NCBI RefSeq assembly: GCF_000737315.1 | Contig: NZ_JMCB01000005.1 | Location: forward strand, 20,001-268,000 | Reading direction: 5' to 3' | DNA: 248,000 bases | Origin: Hyalangium minutum | GTDB taxonomy: Bacteria; Myxococcota; Myxococcia; Myxococcales; Myxococcaceae | Shown here: piece after piece, positions 40,185 through 49,865 of the stretch | Layout: each line of letters opens with the position of its first letter | Position numbering within the stretch: position 1 is the stretch's first letter | Notes under the pieces: model-generated | The model's input: the letters and a program-made list of their open reading frames with translations, nothing else | The model's database searches: none | What the model was told of the DNA's origin: nothing | Position numbers and translations under genes: made by a program

Positions 40185-41204
40185 TCACCCAGGGGCTGCA
40201 CCCTCGGGAGGCTCTTCGGGGAGCTGGAGGTCCTCGATGCGAGAGAAGGCATCGAGAATGGCGCGGGCAATGATGGAGCGGCCGGCGACGAGCCCACGGA
40301 CGTGCCCTCCTTGGAGGTAGCGCAGCTCCGCGCCGCGCCAGTGCTGCAGCAGGCGCAAGGTGGAGGCGGAGGGAACGAACCCATCCTTCCGCGCGGCGAC
40401 GATGATGGCGCGGCGAGGGTTCGGCAGGGGCGCGAGCTGGGTGACGGAGAAGCCCTCGAGCAGCTCGGCCAGCCGCTGGCGCGCGGCCTCCGGTCCTCCA
40501 CAGGTGCGGCCCAGGGTCTCCCAGTCGGGCAGGGCGGACAGCACTCCCTGCGTGAACACGGGCGCCGCCGAGTGCGCCACGGCCACGGGGACGACGGCCA
40601 GGGGCAGAGGGAAGAAGCACGCGGCGTAGGCGGCCATGCTGCCGCCCATGCTGTACCCGGAGATGCCCACCTTGGGGTGGCCCCGCGCCAGCAGCCAGCC
40701 CAGCAGCGCCACGGCCTCCACCGCCGTCGCCCGGCCCATCAACAACAGATCTGCCACCGTGCGCAGGGCCTCGCCCTTCTGCCCGGGAGGACGGCGCGAT
40801 CCGTAATAAGGATTCTCCAGCAGCACCGCCCCCATGCCCGCGGCGAGCAGCGGCTGGGCCAGGAAGCGCCTCAGTCCAAACCCATGGTCTCCAGAGGAAG
40901 CCAGGAAGAGGCACACCGGGGGGCGCGGCCCGGCTTTGACGGGGAGCAGGAGCTGGAAGCGGGCCTCGGCGGACGCGGTGGGCAGAGGTCCTACCGCCGC
41001 AGGGCTCGGGAAACGTCCCTCCTGTACCCACAGTCCGCCCTCACGCCGTGACGCACCCAGCGTCACCTCATGAAGCTCGGGGAGTGCGAAACCCTGAGGC
41101 CCCCGGCTGAGCCGCTCGAGCAGGGCCTGAGAACCCCACCCCTCCTCAAAGAAGGGGGGCCGGCGTGACATCAGCCGCCCCGCCAGGGCATCCATCCAGT
41201 GCAT
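40185..41204 (-). CDS. Alpha/beta hydrolase (ABHD18/DUF2048-like)
   Basis: GYSMGG nucleophile, PPFFEEGWG, GGH. Confidence 0.78.
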   Translation of the reverse strand: MHWMDALAGRLMSRRPPFFEEGWGSQALLERLSRGPQGFALPELHEVTLGASRREGGLWVQEGRFPSPAAVGPLPTASAEARFQLLLPVKAGPRPPVCLFLASSGDHGFGLRRFLAQPLLAAGMGAVLLENPYYGSRRPPGQKGEALRTVADLLLMGRATAVEAVALLGWLLARGHPKVGISGYSMGGSMAAYAACFFPLPLAVVPVAVAHSAAPVFTQGVLSALPDWETLGRTCGGPEAARQRLAELLEGFSVTQLAPLPNPRRAIIVAARKDGFVPSASTLRLLQHWRGAELRYLQGGHVRGLVAGRSIIARAILDAFSRIEDLQLPEEPPEGAAPG

Positions 41205-41717
41205 GCGCCCACCTACTCCGAGGTTCAATTTGCCACAACGTGAGAAAGACAGGGTGGGTCAGCGCAAGAGGATCACTTCACCCGAAGCAGCGTACATACC
41301 GGAGATTCCTGAAGAAAATGCGCTTTGTGACCTGGTGGACTGAAAATCTCACCCACGAGGGATTTCCATGGGTCTGAGTACACCCGGGTCAATTTTTCCC
41401 CGTCCTTCCGTTCGGTTCAGCAGAATCTTCCAGGAACCGGCCAGATCTCTGGCACTCAGCGGAAGGGTCGCCAAAAACCCCCCGGGTTTTCTTTTACCCC
41501 GTGCCGCAAAGCATGGAAATGAAAGACAGCAAGCGACACGCACCCAGAAAAAGCGTCAGGGAAATCCGTTGATAATGGAAATTCAACTTAGACGGGTCCG
41601 TGGAGTGTTTCTGGCCTCCAATAAACTAAGATGAGAGGGCAGGCAGGAGGGCCGAAAGGTCTCTCTCGGGGGGAACTGGACGGGTGACGCAACGCCGCAT
41701 CCGCCCTCCGAGGTTGA

Positions 41718-41733
41718 GGGCACAGCGGTTGCA
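41718..41733 (+). promoter_or_regulatory. Candidate sigma54 promoter of the monooxygenase gene
   Basis: GGGCAC-AGCGG-TTGCA, GG-N10-GC spacing. Confidence 0.5.
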
Positions 41734-41817
41734 AACTCCTTCAGCCAGGGCGCGGGAGCTCGCGCCAGCAGCACCCGCCGCTCGTCATCTTCGACTCACT
41801 GGATTCCCGGAGGCACC

Positions 41818-43203
41818 ATGCGCCGTATCGCCATCATCGGTTCTGGACAAGCAGGACTCCTCGCCGCGCATGCGCTGCTGAAGGCCGGTTATGAGGTGAC
41901 GCTCTATTCGGATCGCACTCCTGAGAAGTGGTTGAACGAGAGCAAGCCGACTGGATCCGCCACCCGCTTCGATATGGCGCTTCAGTTCGAGTACGAGCTC
42001 GGCCTCAACTCCTGGGAGAACGACGCACCTTGGGGTGAGGGCGCTCACATGACGCTCTGCCCGGTGCCGGGCAACCGCATGCTCACCCTGGCGGGCCGCC
42101 TGCGCCGGCCGTTCCTTGCCATTGACTTGCGGCTGCAGAGCTACCACTGGATGCACGAGCTCACCAAGCGCGGCGGCAAGATCGAGATCGAGTCCGTCTC
42201 CATCGAGCGCCTGGAGCAGATCGCCGCCCAGAATGATCTGACCATCGTGGCCACGGGCCGCGGTGACATGACCAACCTCTTCGAGCGCAACGCCGAGCGC
42301 AGCGTCTACGACAAGCCGCAGCGCCACCTGGCCATGGTGTGCGTGAAGGGCCCGCAGATGGGCTTCGACGGCATCCCCATGCTGGGGCTGAAGTACAACG
42401 TCCTTGGCCCTCTGGGTGAGGCCTTCTGGATCCCCTACTACCACAAGGATGTGGGGCAGAGCTGGAACCTCGTCTTCGAGGCCCGCCCGGGCAGCGCGAT
42501 GGACCGCTTCGAGGGCTGCAAGACGGGTGAGCAGGTGCTCGAGATCGGCAAGCAGGTCGTCAAGGAGTTCGTCCCCTGGGACTACGAGTGGCTCAAGGAC
42601 GCCGAGCTGTCGGACTCCTACGGCTGGCAGGTGGGGAAGTTCGCTCCCACGGTTCGCAACCCAGTGGGCCGGCTGCCCTCGGGCCGGCTGGTGGCGGCGG
42701 TGGGTGACACGGCCATGTCGCTGGACCCCATCGGGGGCCAGGGCGCCAACAACGGCAACAAGATGGTGCGCAACATGCTCGAGTGCATCGTCGCCCATGA
42801 GGATCGGCCCTTCGACGCCCAGTGGATGACGGACACCTTCGAGCGCTTCTGGGCCCGTCACGGGTACTGGACCAGCGTCCACAACAACGGGATGCTGCAG
42901 CCGGGCTCGGCCGCCCTGCGCGACCTGCTCTTCGCTCAGTACGGCAGCGATGGCCGCTTCGACAACAACACCGGCGCGCAGCGGCTGGCCAACGCCTACG
43001 TCGAGAACGGCAACGACCCGGCGATGCTCACGCCCACCCTCCAGGATCGGCGCAAGACGCACGAGTTCATCGAGAAGACGACGGGCATCTCGTGGATCCG
43101 CGCCATCGCCAGCGGAGCCATGGGTGTGGCGCGCGAGGAGTTCCGCCAGTGGCGCGGGCTGGAGCCGCGTCACCCGCTCGTGGCCGCGTACAAGGTGGCC
43201 TGA
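41818..43203 (+). CDS. Styrene/indole monooxygenase family flavoprotein (StyA-like)
   Basis: IIGSGQAG, IDLRLQ, GDTAMSLDPIGGQGANNG. Confidence 0.85.
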   Translation: MRRIAIIGSGQAGLLAAHALLKAGYEVTLYSDRTPEKWLNESKPTGSATRFDMALQFEYELGLNSWENDAPWGEGAHMTLCPVPGNRMLTLAGRLRRPFLAIDLRLQSYHWMHELTKRGGKIEIESVSIERLEQIAAQNDLTIVATGRGDMTNLFERNAERSVYDKPQRHLAMVCVKGPQMGFDGIPMLGLKYNVLGPLGEAFWIPYYHKDVGQSWNLVFEARPGSAMDRFEGCKTGEQVLEIGKQVVKEFVPWDYEWLKDAELSDSYGWQVGKFAPTVRNPVGRLPSGRLVAAVGDTAMSLDPIGGQGANNGNKMVRNMLECIVAHEDRPFDAQWMTDTFERFWARHGYWTSVHNNGMLQPGSAALRDLLFAQYGSDGRFDNNTGAQRLANAYVENGNDPAMLTPTLQDRRKTHEFIEKTTGISWIRAIASGAMGVAREEFRQWRGLEPRHPLVAAYKVA

Positions 43204-43220
43204 GTACGCGGCCAGAGGAG

Positions 43221-43250
43221 GGGGGAGCCCACCCTCAGCGGGGCTCCCCA
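43221..43250. terminator. GC-rich hairpin between convergent genes
   Basis: GGGGAGCCC...GGGCTCCCC. Confidence 0.55.
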
Positions 43251-43285
43251 GCTCGCCGCGCGGAGCCGAAGTCGCGCGGGTGATT

Positions 43286-44740
43286 TTAGCGGAACATCCC
43301 CGGACCCGGCGTCAGCACGGTGTCTGGGTCGTAGCGCCGCTTGGCGGCCGCCAGGTTCTCCCAGGCCGGGCCGAAGCGCGCTCGCCACTCCTCGGGAGAC
43401 AGCGTGAGGGCGGCGTGCGCGTAGTGCGTCCCCTCCCACTTCCGGTTGCGCTCGTAGAGCTCGCGGTTGTGCTGCACCATCTGCGGCACGCTGCGCTTGG
43501 CTCCTGGCGCCGCGGTCCGGAGCACACCGAACAGGAAGGAGATGTCCTCCCCCGGCGGCAGGCTGAACAGCGGGCGGGTGATGCGGCTGCGCTTGAGCAG
43601 ATAGAAGAGGACCGGGAAGTAGAAGTCCACCTCGGTGGGGGACACCTCTCGGAGCACCTCCGCGGCGAACGCGTCGAGCTTCGAGTCCGGGACGAAGAGA
43701 TCGCTCCAGGGGTGGGGCAGCGAGTACATGCCGTTCTGCCGCAGCTCCGCCAGCTGCGGAGCGAGCCGGCTCACCCACGTGGGGTACGGCAGGTCGGAGA
43801 TCGACTCGGAGCCCTGCTGGTACGACAGGCCCTTCAGCACCTGCGCATCGTCGGGACGCGACGGCTCCTTGTAGTACTGGAGGACCTGCATCCGGTGCAT
43901 CCAGCCCGTGCCGCTCCGCTCCGGCAGCGCGAAGCCCAGCACGTAGTCGATGCGCTCGTTCTCCACGGCCAGGCGCTGGTCCCGCAGCTGGGCCTCGAGG
44001 TTCGGGTAGCCCAGGTCATACAGGCGCACGTGCGTCGGCGCCTCCACCAGCTTGAGGGTGGCGCGGGTGATGACACCACACTGCCCGAGCCCCGCGAGCA
44101 CCGCCTCGAACAAGTCTTTGTTCTGCGTGGGAGAGCAGTGCACCAGCTCGCCCTCGCCCGTTACCACCTGAAGCTCCAGCACATGGTCGATCTGCAGACC
44201 TTGGCGGAAGGTGTTGCCGCTCAAGCCACCCACCGACAGGGTGCCGCCCACCGTCAGCTCCAGCAGGTCCGTGAGCACGGGCGGGGTCCGGTTGATGGCG
44301 AGCGCCCGCTCCACCACCACGCTCCAGAGGATGCCGGCATCCACGTCGATCCGATCCTCGGAGACGGAGTGCACGGCGTTCAGCGAGCGCATGTCGATGA
44401 CGATGCCCGCCTCCACCTGCGACTGGCCGTTGATCACATGCCCATTGCCGCGAGGGCCGATCTTGAGCCGGTGCTGCCGGGCGAAGCGGATCATCTGCGC
44501 AATGTCGTCGGCTGACTGGGGGCGGAGCACGGCCAGGGGCAGGCGGCTCACCATGTGCCCGAAGTCATCCGCCACTTCCGCTCGCGCTTGCGGCGAGGCG
44601 AGCAGCACTCCCTTCAGCTTCGGGAGGGGTTCAACGCCTGGGGCCGTGCCCCCCTGAGAGACCCAGCTGCGGCCGGCCGGATGAAAGCCGATGACCGCAT
44701 CCTGGGGAGAGGGATTGGAACTCGGGGGGGCGAGGCTCAC
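43286..44740 (-). CDS. FAD-binding oxidase (cytokinin dehydrogenase/VAO-like)
   Basis: ADDFG, RGNGH, LTVGGTLS, PHPW, YDPDTVLTPG. Confidence 0.82.
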   Translation of the reverse strand: MSLAPPSSNPSPQDAVIGFHPAGRSWVSQGGTAPGVEPLPKLKGVLLASPQARAEVADDFGHMVSRLPLAVLRPQSADDIAQMIRFARQHRLKIGPRGNGHVINGQSQVEAGIVIDMRSLNAVHSVSEDRIDVDAGILWSVVVERALAINRTPPVLTDLLELTVGGTLSVGGLSGNTFRQGLQIDHVLELQVVTGEGELVHCSPTQNKDLFEAVLAGLGQCGVITRATLKLVEAPTHVRLYDLGYPNLEAQLRDQRLAVENERIDYVLGFALPERSGTGWMHRMQVLQYYKEPSRPDDAQVLKGLSYQQGSESISDLPYPTWVSRLAPQLAELRQNGMYSLPHPWSDLFVPDSKLDAFAAEVLREVSPTEVDFYFPVLFYLLKRSRITRPLFSLPPGEDISFLFGVLRTAAPGAKRSVPQMVQHNRELYERNRKWEGTHYAHAALTLSPEEWRARFGPAWENLAAAKRRYDPDTVLTPGPGMFR

Positions 44741-44761
44741 GAGGAACTCCTTCAGGAGCTG

Positions 44762-45367
44762 CTACTTCCAGGTGATGCTGTAGGTGCAGGCCGGGGCGCC
44801 CTTCTTGCGGCACGTCTTCGGATCATGCATGACCTTCGCGCCGGCGTTGAACTGCTGGCCCAGGCCCGTGACCAGGCCCTCCTCGAAGGCGCAGGGGTAC
44901 GGGGTGTCGGCGTCGACGAACACCTGCGTCTTGCCCGGCACGGTGCGGACCTTGTAGTGGCCGATGCCCTCGAGCATCTGGCCCGTCTGCGGATCGAACA
45001 TCCGCTTCCCGCTCTTGGCGTGGTTGTAGTGGTAGCCCATGTCCAGCGTCTCGAACGCGCGGGCGATACCCGTCAGGAAGTCACCCGGCTGCGAGGCCTT
45101 CTTCACGATGTAGAGGCCCGACTGCTTCAGGGTGTAGTCCCCGAACTCCGCCTGCACGCGATCGAACGCGCGCAAGAAGGCGTCCAGCGGGTACCACTTC
45201 TCCGGATCCAGCTTGGCCATGCCGACGCCATCGGTGTCCATCTCTCCCAGGCCGCACTCGAGCAGGATCTTGCTGGCCAGCAGAGTGAAGGAGCCGAACC
45301 CGTCCAGCGTCACCTGCACCGTCGAGCCGAGAGTCTGGTATTCCTTGTAGTTCTCACTATTGGGCAT
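44762..45367 (-). CDS. Stand-alone V4R/HNOB-associated-like small-molecule-binding protein
   Basis: WYP...YPC-x-F-x-GL, C-terminal CRKKG...CTYSITW. Confidence 0.5.
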   Translation of the reverse strand: MPNSENYKEYQTLGSTVQVTLDGFGSFTLLASKILLECGLGEMDTDGVGMAKLDPEKWYPLDAFLRAFDRVQAEFGDYTLKQSGLYIVKKASQPGDFLTGIARAFETLDMGYHYNHAKSGKRMFDPQTGQMLEGIGHYKVRTVPGKTQVFVDADTPYPCAFEEGLVTGLGQQFNAGAKVMHDPKTCRKKGAPACTYSITWK

Positions 45368-45605
45368 GATGATCCCCCTGTTGATTCAGCGTACGAAATG
45401 AAGTGATGACGTGAAGAGCCGGAAATCGGCGTGTACTCCAGCACGGGTCTTGCGGTGATTCAAGTACTGCTCCTGCCCGTGTCCGATACCTGTAGTGAGT
45501 GGCGATGAGACACCGCGCGGGTGTGATCGGCTCTGTCGGGCAGGTGAACTTGCGGCACATGTACTAGAGGGAAGCCACGGCTGTTGGCGTGACCAGGAGA
45601 AGCAC

Positions 45606-47012
45606 ATGAGTTCGTCTGAAGATCTTCCGTTGGAGTTGCAAACGCTGGCCGAGCCCTACCGCGTGAAGATGGTGGAGAAGGTCCGCATTCCGTCTCGCTC
45701 CGAGCGCGAGAGCATCTTGAAGAAGGCCCACTACTCCGTGGTGCACGTGGACTCGGCGGACATCTTCATCGATGTGATCACCGACAGTGGCACGGGCGCG
45801 ATGAGCGACCAGCAGTGGGCGGGGCTGATGAAGGGCGACGAGGCGTACATGCGCTCGCGCAGCTTCATCGAGTTCGAGCGGGCCGTGCAGGACATCCTTG
45901 GCTTCGAGCACGTCATCCCCACACACCAGGGGCGTGCGGCCGAGCACATCCTCATGGAGCTGCTCATCAAGCCGGAGGACGGTAAGGACATCGTCCTGTG
46001 CAACACGCACTTCGACACGACGCGCGCGCACGTGATGAACCGCAAGGCCACCCCGCTGGATCTGGTGGGGGACTGGCTCTGGCGCTTCGAGGAGGAGCGG
46101 CCCTTCAAGGGGAACTTTGATCTGGGCAAGCTCGAGGCCGCCCTGGAGCGCTATCACCAGCGCGTCCCGTTCGTCCTCATCACCGTGCTCAACAACTTCG
46201 CGTGTTCCTCGCCGGTGTCCATGGAGAACATCCGCGAGACGAAGCGGCTCGCGGACCGCTACAACATCCCCATCTACTTCGACATCTGCCGCTTCGCGGA
46301 GAACGCCTACTTCATCAAGACGCGCGAGAAGGGCTACCAGGACAAGTCCATCGCGGAGATCGCCCGGGAGATGCTCTCCTACGGGCGAGGCTGCTGGATG
46401 AGCGCGAAGAAGGACGGCCTGGTGAACATCGGCGGCTTCATCGCGGTGCACGACGAGAAGCTCGCGATGCGGTGCAAGGAGAAGCTGGTGCTCTACGAGG
46501 GCTTCCCGACCTATGGCGGTCTGGCGGGCCGAGACCTGGAGGCGGTGGCCGTGGGCCTGCGCGAGGGCATCGAGGAGCCCTACCTGGCCCACCGCACGCA
46601 GCAGATCGCCTACCTGGCGGACCTGTTCGAGAAGACCGGCATCCGCGTGAGCAAGCCCTCGGGAGGCTCGGGCGTCTTCATCGACGTGGCGGGGCTCTAC
46701 TCGCACCTGCCGGAGGACAAGTTCCCGGCGATCGCCTTCACGTGCGATCTCTACCTGGAGGGCGCCATCCGTGGCAGCGCCTATCCGTTCCCGCTCATCA
46801 CCATTGATCCGAAGACGGCCGACATCACCCCGCGCGTCTTCCAGTTCGCCCGCTTCGCCATTCCCCGGCGCACCTATACCAAGGGGCACCTGGACTACAT
46901 CGCCACGGTGATGGCGCGGCTGAAGGAGAAGGCGCCGCAGAACAAGGGCTACAAGATCACCTACTCACCCGAGGTGCTGGGGCACTTCTTCTCGAAGTTC
47001 GAGCCCCTGTAG
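45606..47012 (+). CDS. tnaA: Tryptophanase-like PLP beta-eliminating lyase
   Basis: TDSGT, THQGRAAE, HFDTT, MSAKKDG, GFPTYGG, C-terminal His (GHF) favours tryptophanase over TPL. Confidence 0.8.
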   Translation: MSSSEDLPLELQTLAEPYRVKMVEKVRIPSRSERESILKKAHYSVVHVDSADIFIDVITDSGTGAMSDQQWAGLMKGDEAYMRSRSFIEFERAVQDILGFEHVIPTHQGRAAEHILMELLIKPEDGKDIVLCNTHFDTTRAHVMNRKATPLDLVGDWLWRFEEERPFKGNFDLGKLEAALERYHQRVPFVLITVLNNFACSSPVSMENIRETKRLADRYNIPIYFDICRFAENAYFIKTREKGYQDKSIAEIAREMLSYGRGCWMSAKKDGLVNIGGFIAVHDEKLAMRCKEKLVLYEGFPTYGGLAGRDLEAVAVGLREGIEEPYLAHRTQQIAYLADLFEKTGIRVSKPSGGSGVFIDVAGLYSHLPEDKFPAIAFTCDLYLEGAIRGSAYPFPLITIDPKTADITPRVFQFARFAIPRRTYTKGHLDYIATVMARLKEKAPQNKGYKITYSPEVLGHFFSKFEPL

Positions 47013-47031
47013 CACCCAGGGCTGGCGCCGC

Positions 47032-48846
47032 TCAGACGATGGCGCGGTTGAACTCCCGCCTGGCCGTGCCGACCAAGAGCGGCTGCGGCTGGGGGGACAC
47101 TTCCTGGTGCGCGCTGAGGCCGTAGGCCTCGGTGGCCAGGTAGATGGTGGTCCGCAGCTGGCTTCCCTGCCGGCGCATGGAGGCCCACTGCATCAATCCC
47201 ACGCCCGTGTCGAGCCGGCGGTGCGCCAGTGCCCGCACCGCCCGCTCCAGCAGCATGTGGGCTTGCGGATCCAGCAGGAAGCGGATGCGCTCCAGGGCCT
47301 CCTGGTCATTGCGCACGTGGCAGCGCACGGGGACGTGCAGCGTGACGCTGGTGGGTCGATCCTCATCCGAGGTGAACGACAGGCACGTCAGCAGCGAGCG
47401 CGAGGACTCGACGCGGCCGGTGTGGCCCTTGAGCGCCTGGCAGAAGATCCACGCCTCGCCGGGCACGTACTCCGGTGCCAGCGCCATCACCGACTCGAGC
47501 TCCTCCGCGGTGATGTCCTTGTGCGCCAGGTAGATCTTCACGCGGGCCGTGCGGTGAGCGGACAGGTCCAGCGAGAAGTAGATGATCTGATCCAGCCCGT
47601 CCGGACGCAGGGTGTGCTCGCTGAGGCAGCGCCAGACGCGGTGCAGGCCCAGCCGCTCCAGGGCCTCCTGCACCACCGCGTGGGCCCGCTCGGGGCCCTG
47701 GGCCGCGGGGTTGAAGTAGACCTTGATGTCGGCCCGGCCGTTCTTGAGGAAGAAGGCGTGCCAGAGCGCGAAGCGGGCGCGGGGATCCACCGGCTCGAAC
47801 AGATCCTTCACGAGGTTGAAGCGCTCCAGCCGGACGCCGAACTCCTGGCTCAGCCGCTCGGTGAGGGCAATGCCGTCTTCCCAGGTGGAGCGCAGCGTGG
47901 TGGGGCCGTGGGCGCTCTGGGACTCCATCAAGAAGCGCACCTCGGGCCGTCCGTCCTCGAGCGCCAGGGACAGCTCGTACGGCGTGTGGTCGTCGGTGAT
48001 GTCCGACTTCCAGGGCGGGGTGGAGCCGATCTGCTGGGAGCCCCAGGGACTGCTCATGAAGCTGAAGAAGCGCTTCACCGTCTCTGTGTCCGAGGCGTCG
48101 TAGCCCACCGCCTCGCAGAGCGCCTGCAGGCGGGCAATGCCGAACTCCTCGAAGGTCAGGGAGGAGGGTGGCTCCCACGCGATCAGCGCCCGCTTCACCT
48201 CCAACTGGTGCAGCGCGTACGCCAGCAGGTGGTTGCTCAGGCCCATGAGGTGGCTGAAGACCTCATCCACGGTCTCCAGGGCCTCCTTCTCTGAACCCGG
48301 CGGAAGCTGCTGGCCCGCGGTGGCCCAGCACGAGGCTCCCTCCAGCTGCGCGCGCAGGAACCGGAAACCCACCAGTTCCTTGCCCGTGCGCGCCTCGAAC
48401 GTGCGGGCCACGTGCTCGAGCGCTCCCAGGCCCATGCTCCCCGCCGTGTGGAGCGCCCGCATCAGGATCTGCGCCTGGACCGGGCTCGCGTTCGCCGCCA
48501 CATCAATGAGCTCGAAGAGCGTCTTGCGAGTGAAGCTGCCCTCCGCTCCCCACAGCAGCCGCAGCATGCCGTTGAGGTCCGAGGTGGAGCTCAGCCCCAG
48601 CATCTGCAGATCGCTCAGATAAGCGGCCCAGTGCGCACTCTCCTGGGGGTTCTCCGGGACGAGCTCGGGCTCCTCCCCCATCATCGTGCGGTTCAGGTCC
48701 GCCAAGCCCAGCACGAGCGGCGCCAGACAGGGCAGGAAGCTCAGACGTTCCTGGGGCGAGAGGCGTGTATCCCGGAGGAAGCCCACGAAAGAAGACCTGG
48801 CGAAGATCTGCTGCCGCTCTCTCAAATGCTCCAGGACCTGCTGCAT
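47032..48846 (-). CDS. Heme-oxygenase-like domain fused to tryptophan/indole dimethylallyltransferase (DMATS)
   Basis: C-terminal DDHTPYELS, EVRFL, KVYFN, YFSLDL, VKIY, TIYLA motifs. Confidence 0.8.
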   Translation of the reverse strand: MQQVLEHLRERQQIFARSSFVGFLRDTRLSPQERLSFLPCLAPLVLGLADLNRTMMGEEPELVPENPQESAHWAAYLSDLQMLGLSSTSDLNGMLRLLWGAEGSFTRKTLFELIDVAANASPVQAQILMRALHTAGSMGLGALEHVARTFEARTGKELVGFRFLRAQLEGASCWATAGQQLPPGSEKEALETVDEVFSHLMGLSNHLLAYALHQLEVKRALIAWEPPSSLTFEEFGIARLQALCEAVGYDASDTETVKRFFSFMSSPWGSQQIGSTPPWKSDITDDHTPYELSLALEDGRPEVRFLMESQSAHGPTTLRSTWEDGIALTERLSQEFGVRLERFNLVKDLFEPVDPRARFALWHAFFLKNGRADIKVYFNPAAQGPERAHAVVQEALERLGLHRVWRCLSEHTLRPDGLDQIIYFSLDLSAHRTARVKIYLAHKDITAEELESVMALAPEYVPGEAWIFCQALKGHTGRVESSRSLLTCLSFTSDEDRPTSVTLHVPVRCHVRNDQEALERIRFLLDPQAHMLLERAVRALAHRRLDTGVGLMQWASMRRQGSQLRTTIYLATEAYGLSAHQEVSPQPQPLLVGTARREFNRAIV

Positions 48847-49307
48847 CGGTTTTGCTCCTCGACTGGACTGGTCAAGACCCAGCGCCCGGGCTTCTGGGCT
48901 CGCTGCTGTGATTCGGTAACCCCCCAGAATTTGGCAATCAATGAGGGGTGATTCAGACCCGCCCCATCGACTTCCGACAGGTGTGGTTGTAACGCATTTT
49001 TTTTATTCGGGTCAAATAGAATGGGTAAAAAATCTCTACCCTGCGAGATTCTTTGGCAAGTGGGAGTGTGTTGATCTCTTAGGTTTTCAGTCCTGGCAAA
49101 AAACACGCAACATTTTCCCCGGGTGGGTGAGGAATGACTCACATGCGGAAAATGACCCAGGTGGGATGAACAGCCATCTCGGCCTGGAGACTGAGAGAAA
49201 AAGGACTACCCAGAAGGTTCTATCTGGGATTGATCGGATAGCGGGGCTCTGGATCGAGGCGTGATCCAGGCCTCAACAGGGCAGGAGCAACCGGGGCTGT
49301 GGGTGGG

Positions 49308-49652
49308 TCAGTTCAGCCAGCGCGGCACGCCGGACTCGGGGGACTGCTCCTCCGAGAGCCAGGCGATGGAGAGCTCATCGCCCAGGGCCGTGTCGAAGTT
49401 CGCGGCGATGACATATCCCGCAGGCGTGGCCTGGCAGCGGAGGATGTTCAGCCGCGTCCGAGGGATGAGCAGCTCGGGGATGCTGGCCTCGATGGATTGC
49501 CCGGGCTCTACGGGCACGCGAGACAGCAACAGGCAGCCGCTGGCCGAGGCATTGATGATGTCCGCGTCCAGCACTTCACGGGGGCAGTGGAGCTTGATGG
49601 CCAGCCGCAAGGGGTACCGTTGGTGCCGACGCCGCTCGTTGTCGTAGGACAC
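49308..49652 (-). CDS. PilZ domain protein
   Basis: RRRHQR and NASASG motifs; GTG start. Confidence 0.75.
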   Translation of the reverse strand: MSYDNERRRHQRYPLRLAIKLHCPREVLDADIINASASGCLLLSRVPVEPGQSIEASIPELLIPRTRLNILRCQATPAGYVIAANFDTALGDELSIAWLSEEQSPESGVPRWLN

Positions 49653-49756
49653 GGGATGCCTCCTGACGCGCTGCCCGTCATCCACGGCGGGACATGAGGT
49701 GAAACAATATGCGGGTTTCATACCGAGAGGCAGCCCTTGCGGCTTGTCTACATCGG

Positions 49757-49774
49757 CATGCAATGTGTTGCATG
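49757..49774. promoter_or_regulatory. Palindrome CATGCAA-N4-TTGCATG
   Basis: Perfect 7-bp arms in a divergent intergenic region. Confidence 0.4.
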
Positions 49775-49865
49775 GGGTTGACAGGTGAGCAAAAGAAGGG
49801 TTTTTGTTTTCAATGTGTGTCTTTGAAGTCCCGCAGATACATTTAGGGGAAGGCGGGGCCCTGAC

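Noticed and set aside
45439-45454. Sigma54-like CAGCAC-N5-TTGC upstream of tryptophanase
   Set aside because: Lacks the essential -24 GG
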